From Candidatus Methylomirabilia bacterium (lineage in GTDB: Bacteria > Methylomirabilota > Methylomirabilia > Rokubacteriales > CSP1-6), in the NCBI GenBank assembly GCA_041492755.1, contig JBGPXN010000119.1, forward strand, positions 1 to 13,485: a DNA stretch of 13,485 bases, given 5' to 3'. The notes beneath the pieces are model-generated. The model had not been told where the DNA came from. It searched no databases and saw only the letters and a list, made by a program, of their open reading frames with translations. Numbering within the stretch: the stretch's first letter is position 1; each line of letters begins with the position of its first letter. Positions 1 to 8,329 of the stretch are shown one piece after another. A program made the translations under genes and the position numbers.

Positions 1-1696
<1,696 letters not shown>

Positions 1697-1721
1697 CGCG
1701 GTGGACGAATCGTCCGCGGTT

Positions 1722-1750
1722 ACACTACGCCGCGGGGTGGGGGTGGTCAA
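1722..1750 (-). promoter_or_regulatory. Sigma70-type promoter for riboswitch-thiC
   Basis: TTGACC (1750-1745), 17 nt, TAGTGT (1727-1722), about 25 nt upstream of the aptamer. Confidence 0.7.
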
Positions 1751-1964
1751 GCCATCGATCGCCAGCGCGCGCCGGGCGCGTGCGCCGTCAGGGTTCCGCC
1801 ACGCCGATCCGGCAGAGTGCGCGGTGAGGCGATCCCGTCGAGCGCACGAATGCGAGCTGCGGCCTGGCGGCGGCGGTTGGCGATCCGGATTCATTGTGAC
1901 CGGATATCTGCCCTCGCTGCGCCGTCGTAGCTGATCGCCGCCCGCGGGCGGGCGCTCACCCGCG

Positions 1965-1973
1965 TGCTATCAT
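1965..1973 (+). promoter_or_regulatory. Extended -10 promoter candidate for the LLM-remnant/SDR/LLM operon
   Basis: TG-C-TATCAT followed by SD GGAGG (1986-1990) and ATG 1995. Confidence 0.55.
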
Positions 1974-1994
1974 CGCGCTCACCTCGGAGGCGTC

Positions 1995-2165
1995 ATGACG
2001 ATCGGCTTCGTTCACCTCATGCCCTACTACCGCGTCCCCCCCGACCACTTCGAGACGCCCAATCTCATAGCCGCCGCGCTCGCGCGTCGGACCTCGCGCG
2101 CGGCCATCGTCCGGCACGAGTCACCGGCGCCGGTGGCCGCGGCCACCGCGGAGTTCCGCTGGTGA
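1995..2165 (+). pseudogene. 56-aa internally deleted remnant of an LLM-class (luciferase-like) oxidoreductase gene
   Basis: MTIGFVHLMPYYRVPPDHFETPNLIAAALARRTSRAAIVRHESPAPVAAATAEFRW*. HLMPY and PNLIAAALARRT resemble two normally distant LLM segments. It has a strong SD, and its stop overlaps the SDR start (GTGA 2162-2165). Confidence 0.65.
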
Positions 2166-2980
2166 GCGCGGCCGGTCGTCCGCCGACGGACGGTGTGCTC
2201 GTGGCCGGGAGCGCCGTGGTCACCGGCGGCGGCTCGGGGCTTGGCCGCGCCATCGCGGAGGCGCTGGCCGCGCGCGGTGCCGCGGTCGCCGTCGTCGACG
2301 TGCGGCCCGACGGCGCGAAGGACACCGTCGGCGCGATCACCGGGGCCGGCGGGCGGGCCGTCGCGCTCGAAGCCGACGTCCGCGACTGGCCGGCGATCGA
2401 CGCCGTCTTCGAGCGCGCTGCGCGCGAGCTGGGTCCGCTCGGTATCGTGGTGAACGCGGCGGGCATCCTGGACGGCTACGCGCCGATCGAGGAGATGACC
2501 GTTGCCCTGTGGGACACGGTGGTCGGCGTGAACCTCACGGGAACGTTCCTCTGCTGCAAGCGCGCGCTCGCCGATCTCGTGCCGCGCGGTGCCGGCCGGA
2601 TCGTCAACATCGCCTCGGTCGCGGGACTCGTCGGCGCGGGCGGCGGACCCGCCTACGTCGCGTCGAAGCACGGGGTGGTCGGTCTCACGCGGGTGCTCGC
2701 CGTCGGATGCGCCGAGCGTGGGGTGACGATCAACGCCATCTGTCCGGGTCCGATTGCCACCGGGCTCCGGGCGAACTCGGCGCGGATCCTCGGTGCGGCG
2801 GCCCCCGCGGTGATGGGCGGCGTGGGCGCTGACGAGGCGGCAATCCGCCGAGTCACACCGGCCGGCCGCCGCGGCACGGTGGAGGAAGTCGCGGCCGCCG
2901 CCTGCTATCTGGCCAGTGAGGGCGCGGCGTACGTCACCGGACACACCCTGGTGATCGACGGAGGATGGACGGCGCGATGA
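2162..2980 (+). CDS. Classical SDR family NAD(P)-dependent oxidoreductase (272 aa, GTG start)
   Basis: TGGGSGLG, NAAG, NIAS, YVASK, PGPIAT and C-terminal DGGW motifs. An acidic residue after beta2 (VVDVR) suggests NAD(H). The start is placed at the GTGA overlap rather than at 1964. Confidence 0.93.
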   Translation: MSAAGRPPTDGVLVAGSAVVTGGGSGLGRAIAEALAARGAAVAVVDVRPDGAKDTVGAITGAGGRAVALEADVRDWPAIDAVFERAARELGPLGIVVNAAGILDGYAPIEEMTVALWDTVVGVNLTGTFLCCKRALADLVPRGAGRIVNIASVAGLVGAGGGPAYVASKHGVVGLTRVLAVGCAERGVTINAICPGPIATGLRANSARILGAAAPAVMGGVGADEAAIRRVTPAGRRGTVEEVAAAACYLASEGAAYVTGHTLVIDGGWTAR

Positions 2981-4116
2981 TCAAGAAGTTCTCGGTTCTG
3001 TACGTGGGACAGATCGATCTCGACAACGTCGGCCTCGCCGGCACGCCCGCCGACGAGCGCCGCTACTCCAACGACCGGCTCGTCGAACCGTTCTGGACGG
3101 CGCGCGACGTCGCCCAGACGATGGACGAGCTCGGCTACCACGCGCTGTGGACGGCCGAGCACCACTTCCAGCACGAGGGTTACGAAGTCTTTCCGAACCT
3201 CGTGCAGCTGTCGCTGTGGCTCGCCACGCAGACGCGACGGCTCAAGCTCGGGTGCGCGTTCAACGTCCTCCCCATGTGGCACCCGGTCCGACTCGCCGAG
3301 GACTACGCGATGGCCGACGTGGTCACCGGCGGGCGGGTGATCATGGGCGTCGGCCGCGGCTACCACACGCGTGAGGTCGAATCGTTCGGCGCGCCGCTGC
3401 TCGACGCCGCCGCCAACCGTGAGCTCTTCGAGGAGCAGGTCGAGGTCCTCCTCAAGTGTTTCAACGAGGAGACGTTTAGCCACCGCGGCAAGTACTACAC
3501 GATCCCGCCCGACGTCGAATACCGCGGCTATCGCCTTCGCGACGTCACCTGCGTGCCGCGCCCGGTGAACCGGCCCGTCGAGATCTGGATGCCGATCGCC
3601 AGCGGCAAGACCATCGACTTCATGGGCAAGCACGATCTCAAGGCCATGGTGACCCTCAACGGCGAGACGCTGCTCGACCAGGTCGTGCGCCAGTATCGCG
3701 ACGCCTGCGCCAGGCACGGACGCCAGAAGCAGCTCGGCGAGGACATCTGCTGGGGGGCCGGCGTCTTCCTCGCGGACACGGCCGAGGAAGGATATCGACG
3801 GCTCGAGCCGGCGCACGACGAGCGCTACAAGTGGTTCGCGCCCTTCGGCTTCGTGCGCTACGCGGACCCCGACGGCCGCGCGTGGGGCACGCCCGGCGCG
3901 CCCGCGCGGATCCCGAGCCTCAGGGACGGTATCGAGCAGAAGGCGTGGTTCGTGGGGCCACCAGCCCACGTCATCGAGGGGATCAAATCGATCGAGGCGA
4001 AGTATCCCGGGCTCGATCAGTTCATGATCCACTGGGCGGAAGGTCTTCCGCCGAAGGAGTTCAAGGAGCAGCTCCACTGGTTCGCCCGCGAGGTGATGCC
4101 CGCCTTCCGCCCCTGA
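2977..4116 (+). CDS. LLM class flavin-dependent oxidoreductase (luciferase-like monooxygenase, 379 aa)
   Basis: GYHALWTAEHHF, HPVRLAEDYAMADVVTGGRVIMGVGRGY, PRPV and FAREVMPAF motifs. ATGA overlap with the SDR stop; SD GGAGG at 2960-2964. Confidence 0.95.
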   Translation: MIKKFSVLYVGQIDLDNVGLAGTPADERRYSNDRLVEPFWTARDVAQTMDELGYHALWTAEHHFQHEGYEVFPNLVQLSLWLATQTRRLKLGCAFNVLPMWHPVRLAEDYAMADVVTGGRVIMGVGRGYHTREVESFGAPLLDAAANRELFEEQVEVLLKCFNEETFSHRGKYYTIPPDVEYRGYRLRDVTCVPRPVNRPVEIWMPIASGKTIDFMGKHDLKAMVTLNGETLLDQVVRQYRDACARHGRQKQLGEDICWGAGVFLADTAEEGYRRLEPAHDERYKWFAPFGFVRYADPDGRAWGTPGAPARIPSLRDGIEQKAWFVGPPAHVIEGIKSIEAKYPGLDQFMIHWAEGLPPKEFKEQLHWFAREVMPAFRP

Positions 4117-4152
4117 AGGACCATACCCCCACCCCGTATTTTTGCGATGGAC

Positions 4153-4184
4153 CCCCATCCCCCACGGATGGGGTTTTCCCTTTT
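4153..4184 (+). terminator. Intrinsic terminator after the LLM gene
   Basis: CCCCATCC-cccac-GGATGGGG 8-bp stem followed by TTTTCCCTTTT. Confidence 0.65.
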
Positions 4185-4265
4185 GCGGCCCTCGTACATG
4201 TGGTAGTAATACCCCCGATACCGCCCGGGGGGCGGGGACCCACACCCACACGAGGAGGAGGGCAC

Positions 4266-4436
4266 ATGGCGAAGGCCAAGGCGAAGGGCAAGGCGTTCGG
4301 GGGCTACTCGATCAACTTCAAGGGCTGCTCGGACACGATGGAGTCCGTCTTCGGTGGGACCCCCATCGGCCCCTCGGACATGACCAAGAAGATCTGGGCC
4401 TACGTGAAGCGTAAGAAGATCGCCGGCAAGCGCTGA
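4266..4436 (+). CDS. 56-aa basic hypothetical protein resembling the N-terminal half of a SWIB/MDM2 domain
   Basis: MAKAKAKGKAFGGYSINFKGCSDTMESVFGGTPIGPSDMTKKIWAYVKRKKIAGKR. Strong SD GAGGAGGAG at 4252-4260, almost all codons G/C-ending, downstream terminator. VFG..P..DMTKKIWAYVK resembles the SWIB pattern ..VG..P.SR.EVTKKLWDYIK. Confidence 0.85.
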   Translation: MAKAKAKGKAFGGYSINFKGCSDTMESVFGGTPIGPSDMTKKIWAYVKRKKIAGKR

Positions 4437-4450
4437 TCGCCAGCGCCCCC

Positions 4451-4492
4451 AGAAAGGCTCGGCGGCCCGCGTTCGGCGGGCCGCTGCTTCTT
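4451..4492. terminator. Hairpin, probable bidirectional terminator between convergent genes
   Basis: GCGGCCCGC-gttcg-GCGGGCCGC (4462-4484) flanked by AGAAAG and TGCTTCTT. Confidence 0.65.
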
Positions 4493-5144
4493 AGAGCGGG
4501 AGCTGGTCCAGGCGAGTGATCACGAGGTCGGCGCGGAGTCCGAGCTCTTCTTCCGGCGCGTTCGCTCGGTTGCACCACGCGACCTGGTAGCCCGCTGATT
4601 TGGCGCCGGCGACGTCCCACGCATTGGAAGAGACGAACAGCAGGTTGCCGACCGGGACGCCGAGCTTGGTGGGGGCGAGCGCATAGACCGCGGGTGCTGG
4701 CTTGTAGATCTTCACCTCGTCCACCGAGATCACCGGGTTCAACCGGCCGTCCAATCCGCTCGAGGTGACGGCGGCCGCGAGCATCCGCGGCGCGCCGTTC
4801 GACAGCACGGCGCGAGGCCGGCCGTCCAGGCGCGCCAACGCGTCCTTCACTTCCGGAAACGTCGCGAGCGTCAGGTAGGCGTCGAGCACCCGGCGGAGCT
4901 GCGCTTCACCGGGGGTGAGCCCGAGTCGGCGCACCGCGTGCCGCAGCGCGGCCTCCGTGACCGCCCAGAAGTCCTCGTAGCGTGCCATGAGCGAGCGCAG
5001 CCACGTGTACTCGAGCTGCTTCTGTCGCCAGAGGACCGAGAGTGCGACGGGGTCCGCGGTGATCTCGCGCCCGGCCTCGACGACCGAGTGGACATCGAAG
5101 AGCGTGCCGTACGCGTCGAAGACGTAACCCCGGATGGGGGCCAG
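4491..5144 (-). CDS. Haloacid dehalogenase type II (HAD superfamily, L-2-haloacid dehalogenase-like, 217 aa, probable CTG start)
   Basis: The frame extends upstream of the track's 4988 start: (L)APIRGYVFDAYGTLFDVHS..WRQKQLEYTWLRSLM..DFWAVT..LSNG..YKPAP..FVSSNAWDVAGA. Confidence 0.93.
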   Translation of the reverse strand: MAPIRGYVFDAYGTLFDVHSVVEAGREITADPVALSVLWRQKQLEYTWLRSLMARYEDFWAVTEAALRHAVRRLGLTPGEAQLRRVLDAYLTLATFPEVKDALARLDGRPRAVLSNGAPRMLAAAVTSSGLDGRLNPVISVDEVKIYKPAPAVYALAPTKLGVPVGNLLFVSSNAWDVAGAKSAGYQVAWCNRANAPEEELGLRADLVITRLDQLPL

Positions 5145-5147
5145 GAC

Positions 5148-6041
5148 TCAGCTCCGGGAACCGTTCCTGCGGGCGCGCACCGGCTTCTTCGCCGGCGGGC
5201 GCGCGGGTTCGACGACCCGCTCGAGACCCGTTTCCACGAAGCCGAAATGCAGGAGGCGCTTTGCGTCGAGGTACGAGAGCGCGCGTGTCGGCGCGCCGAG
5301 GATGATCATCACGAACTGCTGGCCGTCGCGCCAGGCGGAGACGGAGAGATTGTAGCCGGCCTCCCGGGTGAACCCGGTCTTGAGCGCCTGCACGCCCCCC
5401 GGATCGTTGAAGAGCGGGATCCGGCGCGCGTAGACGCGGCCGCGATAGATGAACGTCTGACCGCCGAGCATGGTGCGCACCAGCGGATAGTCGTGCAGCA
5501 GGCGGGTGGTGAGCAGCGCCAGGTCGCGGGCGGTGCTGCGCTGGACGGGATCGGGAAGCCCGTGCGGGTTCGCGAAGCGCGTGCCGGTGAGCCCGAGCTC
5601 CACCGCCTTGGCGTTCATTCGCGCGACGAAGGTCTCTTCGTTCCCGCCGAGGTGCTCGGCGACGGCGGCGGCCGCGTCGTTGGCGGACGCGATGGCGACG
5701 CCCTCGAGCAGCGTCCGCAGCGGCACCTCCTCCCCCTCGCGCAGCCCCATGCGGTACCGTGGCGTGTGCGCCACGGCCCGCGTGATGGTCACGACGTCCT
5801 CCAGCGTGGCCCTGGCGGACTCGAGGTCTTCGAAGGCCAGATAGAGGGTCATGAGCTTCACCAGGCTCGCGGGCGCGTGTTCGTGGTCCGCGTCCTTGGC
5901 GTAGATGGTTCGCCCCTCGGCGTCGACGAGGAGCACGCGCTCGGCGTGCAGCAACGGGTTGCGGGCGGGCTCCGCGGAGACGGGCGTGGCGACGAGGGCG
6001 AGGGCGGCGACGAGCAGCGCGACGATGCGGGTAACGGCCAC
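5148..6041 (-). CDS. D-alanyl-D-alanine carboxypeptidase family protein (peptidase S11) with signal peptide
   Basis: PASLVK (SxxK), SAN (SxN), FANPHGL, STARDLA and KTGFT (KTG) motifs. Hydrophobic N-terminus ending VSA. The start is either ATG 6050 or GTG 6041. Confidence 0.94.
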   Translation of the reverse strand: MAVTRIVALLVAALALVATPVSAEPARNPLLHAERVLLVDAEGRTIYAKDADHEHAPASLVKLMTLYLAFEDLESARATLEDVVTITRAVAHTPRYRMGLREGEEVPLRTLLEGVAIASANDAAAAVAEHLGGNEETFVARMNAKAVELGLTGTRFANPHGLPDPVQRSTARDLALLTTRLLHDYPLVRTMLGGQTFIYRGRVYARRIPLFNDPGGVQALKTGFTREAGYNLSVSAWRDGQQFVMIILGAPTRALSYLDAKRLLHFGFVETGLERVVEPARPPAKKPVRARRNGSRS

Positions 6042-6048
6042 CAACGTC

Positions 6049-6078
6049 ATTCTAGTCGGCGGCCAAATCGGCCAGCAA
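6049..6078 (-). promoter_or_regulatory. Sigma70-type promoter candidate for the carboxypeptidase-HAD genes
   Basis: TTGCTG (6078-6073), 18 nt, TAGAAT (6054-6049). Confidence 0.55.
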
Positions 6079-6087
6079 GGGAAACCG

Positions 6088-6357
6088 TCAGCGGACGGCT
6101 TGCCTCAGTTCTTTCGATGGCTTGAAGCGCGGCAAGCGCCCGGCCACGGTGACAGTCTTGCCGGTCTTGGGGTTGCGCATCGTGCGGGGCCGGCGGCGCA
6201 CGACCGAGAAGGTGCCGAAGCCCACCAGGGTGACGGCGTCACCGCGCTTCAGCGAGGTCCGGATCGCGCCCAGCATGCCGCGCATCGCGCGCTCGGCTCC
6301 GGCCTTCGGCCATCCCGCCGCCCGCGCCATTCGGGTGATGAGGTCGGCGCGCGTCAC
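6088..6357 (-). CDS. HU/IHF family DNA-binding protein (89 aa, GTG start)
   Basis: MTRADLI..LKRGDAVTLVGFGTFSV..RNPKTG..PRFKPSKELRQAV. It starts 2 nt after the upstream stop. Confidence 0.94.
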   Translation of the reverse strand: MTRADLITRMARAAGWPKAGAERAMRGMLGAIRTSLKRGDAVTLVGFGTFSVVRRRPRTMRNPKTGKTVTVAGRLPRFKPSKELRQAVR

Positions 6358-6359
6358 CG

Positions 6360-6851
6360 CTACATGCCGAGCGCGCCGCGCGCCTCGTCCATGACCGCCT
6401 CGGTGATGGTCCGGTGGCCCTGCGCCTCGGCGTAGCGCTCGATCGCCTTCTGCGCCATCGGCCGGATGAACGAGGGAATGCGCTCGATCCGGCTGCGCGC
6501 CTCGGCCGTCCACTCCACGGCGGGGGGAGCGGCCGTCGCGTCGTCCCCGAGCATGGCCGCGAAGGGACAGCCGGAGCCGGTCGCTGGTTGCGCCTCCGCG
6601 CCTTCGAATGCGTCGGGGCGCGGGCTCGCCATCGACGCCCGAAGGTGCTCGAACGGTGTCGGCGGGGTGGTGCGTCCGCCGATCGTGACGCCGAGGCTCT
6701 TCACCATCTGGGTCTCGAACTGGTTGGTGAGCATCGCGACCCGGAAGCCGCACTCCGGGCAGCGGAACGTGACCGTGAGCGAGCCCTCGTCGGGCCCCGC
6801 GGTGCCGATCAATTTCATCGGCTCGTCGCAATCGAGACACAGGAATTTCAT
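6360..6851 (-). CDS. Zinc-ribbon plus PCP_red (BchB/ChlB C-terminal-like) domain protein (163 aa)
   Basis: N-terminal CLDC..CPEC and a linker containing GCPF. The C-terminal WTAEARSRIERIPSFIRPMAQKAIERYAEAQGHRTITEAVMDEAR matches the PCP_red pattern (W..EA...L..IP.FVR..A....E..A...G...IT). Confidence 0.88.
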   Translation of the reverse strand: MKFLCLDCDEPMKLIGTAGPDEGSLTVTFRCPECGFRVAMLTNQFETQMVKSLGVTIGGRTTPPTPFEHLRASMASPRPDAFEGAEAQPATGSGCPFAAMLGDDATAAPPAVEWTAEARSRIERIPSFIRPMAQKAIERYAEAQGHRTITEAVMDEARGALGM

Positions 6852-6860
6852 GGCCGGGCT

Positions 6861-6889
6861 ATCTTAAGGCAGTCGTCGAGCGATGTCGA
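6861..6889 (-). promoter_or_regulatory. Sigma70-type promoter candidate for the PCP_red-HU genes
   Basis: TCGACA (6889-6884), 17 nt, TAAGAT (6866-6861), 9 nt before ATG 6851. Confidence 0.55.
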
Positions 6890-6918
6890 CGCCGTGTCGC
6901 CGCGCCGCCGCCCGAGCG

Positions 6919-7224
6919 TCATCTGCGTCGTCGGCCCGCCAGGCGCGGCCACGCCCGGCGTGCCGCGCGCGCCTGGAGCACGAGGACGGCGGCGACGGCG
7001 AAGCCGAGCACGAGTGGCGAGCGACCGAAGAGCCCGCGCACCGCCACCACCGAGAAGAAGACGTACGCAGAAAAGCGCGCTCGCGCGTGGCGCATGGCCA
7101 GGAGACCTGCGACCACCGGCGCGGCGAGCCCCGAGATCCACCAGCCCGCGGCGAGGGCGTAGGCCGCGTACACGAGGAGCGCCGTCACCAATCCCGTGGC
7201 GATCACGCGGCCGGCGGGCGGCAC
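6919..7224 (-). CDS. Small hypothetical integral membrane protein (about 4 hydrophobic segments; start uncertain: 7224, 7248 or 7266)
   Basis: VIATGLVTALLVYAAYALAAGWWISGLAAPVVAGLLAM-RHARARFSAYVFFSVVAVRG..LVLGFAVAAVLVLQ, with Arg-rich loops and tail. Confidence 0.7.
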   Translation of the reverse strand: MPPAGRVIATGLVTALLVYAAYALAAGWWISGLAAPVVAGLLAMRHARARFSAYVFFSVVAVRGLFGRSPLVLGFAVAAVLVLQARAARRAWPRLAGRRRR

Positions 7225-7298
7225 GTCGGGTGACCAGCGGCGTGTCACGGCGTCGGAGGGTGTCAAGCGTAGGGAACTGTGCTAGCGTCCAACACGGT

Positions 7299-7373
7299 GC
7301 CGGTGTAGCTCAGTGGCAGAGCAGCTGATTCGTAATCAGCAGGTCGTGGGTTCAAGTCCCACCGCCGGCTCCA
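7299..7373 (+). tRNA. tRNA-Thr (anticodon CGT)
   Basis: GCCGGTG/CGCCGGC acceptor stem, D arm GCTC/GAGC, anticodon arm GCTGA-TTCGTAA-TCAGC (CGT at 7331-7333), T arm GTGGG-TTCAAGT-CCCAC, encoded CCA. Confidence 0.98.
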
Positions 7374-7426
7374 GACATTCCGCCCCCCATCGCTCCGGCC
7401 CGGATCACGAGCCCGTCCCCTCGCCG

Positions 7427-8116
7427 TTAGAAGCGGACCGAGATTCCGCCCACGACTTGATTGGTGTACGTGTCGACGTTCACCGGGGTGTTGACGCCGG
7501 GGGTGGAGGAGCGGAACTGCAGCTCGGTGGTGGTGTAGAGGAACCGGTACTCGGCGAACACGGCGAGGGCGCGATGGAATTGCCACGCGAGCCCGGTGCC
7601 CACCTTGAAGCCTCCCGAGGTGCGGTGAGGACTCTGGTTGTTGGGCGGTCCGAAGTTGCCGGTGTCGTCGGCGTTGACGAAGAAGAGCGTCGGACCGACC
7701 GTGACGTAGGGCTGGAGCAGGCCGAGCGGCCGCTCGGGCGAACGGTAGAGCGGCACCCGGACGATGACGTCCAGACCGATCGCGGTGAGACTCAGATCCG
7801 TGTTCGCCAGGGAAAGGCGGCCGCGCGCGGTGGACGTCACGACCTGCGTGTCGACGTCCTGCCGGAAGTACGATGCGTCGAGCGCGATCCCGAGGAAGCC
7901 CAGCTCGTCGAAGAAATATCCCGCGCGCCCGCCGAACGCCGGAGACGACTCGTACTCGACGTTCTTGAGACGGTCGGACCCGAACGTGATCGCCTGACTC
8001 TCGAACACGGCGTAGCCCGCATAGACGTCGAGGAACCAGCCCGCGCTCGCCCGGCCGGGCAGCGCGGCCAACACGGCCAGAGCGGTGATGCCGAGCACGA
8101 TCTCTTTCAGCGTCAC
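7427..8116 (-). CDS. Outer membrane beta-barrel protein (OmpA-like/porin family, about 229 aa, GTG start)
   Basis: Signal peptide ending ASA. Alternating amphipathic strands (FLDVYAGY, GGRAGYFF, QPYVTVGP, GTGLAWQF, FAEYRF) and a C-terminal Phe beta-signal (GISVRF). Confidence 0.88.
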   Translation of the reverse strand: MTLKEIVLGITALAVLAALPGRASAGWFLDVYAGYAVFESQAITFGSDRLKNVEYESSPAFGGRAGYFFDELGFLGIALDASYFRQDVDTQVVTSTARGRLSLANTDLSLTAIGLDVIVRVPLYRSPERPLGLLQPYVTVGPTLFFVNADDTGNFGPPNNQSPHRTSGGFKVGTGLAWQFHRALAVFAEYRFLYTTTELQFRSSTPGVNTPVNVDTYTNQVVGGISVRF

Positions 8117-8214
8117 TGGGGGTTGTGTCCGGGACAAATTTCCCGGTCCGGGCACTATACATCACGCCGTTGCTGCCCGGGGCATTCCGGGTGTTCTGTG
8201 AGCGCTCCCGGGGC

Positions 8215-8240
8215 AAAAAGGTGGCGCGGGTTTCGCCACC
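8215..8240 (-). terminator. Terminator-like hairpin with T-run on the minus strand
   Basis: Minus strand reads GGTGGCG-aaacccg-CGCCACC-TTTTT. Confidence 0.45.
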
Positions 8241-8329
8241 GATCGCCTCGTATGGGCCGGGCCACGGCTCCGGAGGGCCTCTTCGGAGACGGCATCGACC
8301 TTGCTGTATTCCACGGTCGAGGGAAAACC

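Noticed and set aside
1964..2161. 66-aa N-terminal extension of the SDR (track start 1964)
   Set aside because: Arg/Pro-rich and without SDR features. The region is better explained by the promoter candidate and the +1-frame LLM remnant.
5120..5150. TGA readthrough or selenocysteine fusing the carboxypeptidase to the HAD
   Set aside because: The downstream hairpin (GGCCCC-catcc-GGGGTT) lacks a SECIS-like G-containing loop and spacing. Fusing an exported PBP to a cytoplasmic HAD is implausible, and a CTG start is simpler.
6360..6851. Evidence of phototrophy (bchB/chlB)
   Set aside because: Only the small C-terminal PCP_red-like domain is present. There is no nitrogenase-like catalytic domain and no other bch/chl gene.
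7299..7430. tRNA-Thr as the attachment site of an integrated element
   Set aside because: No integrase, no duplicated tRNA 3' end found in the window, and no clear compositional shift downstream.
8205..8290. c-di-GMP-I riboswitch suggested by GGCAAA at about 8212
   Set aside because: The required GNRA-capped P2, GACGCAAAG and tetraloop-receptor elements are absent.
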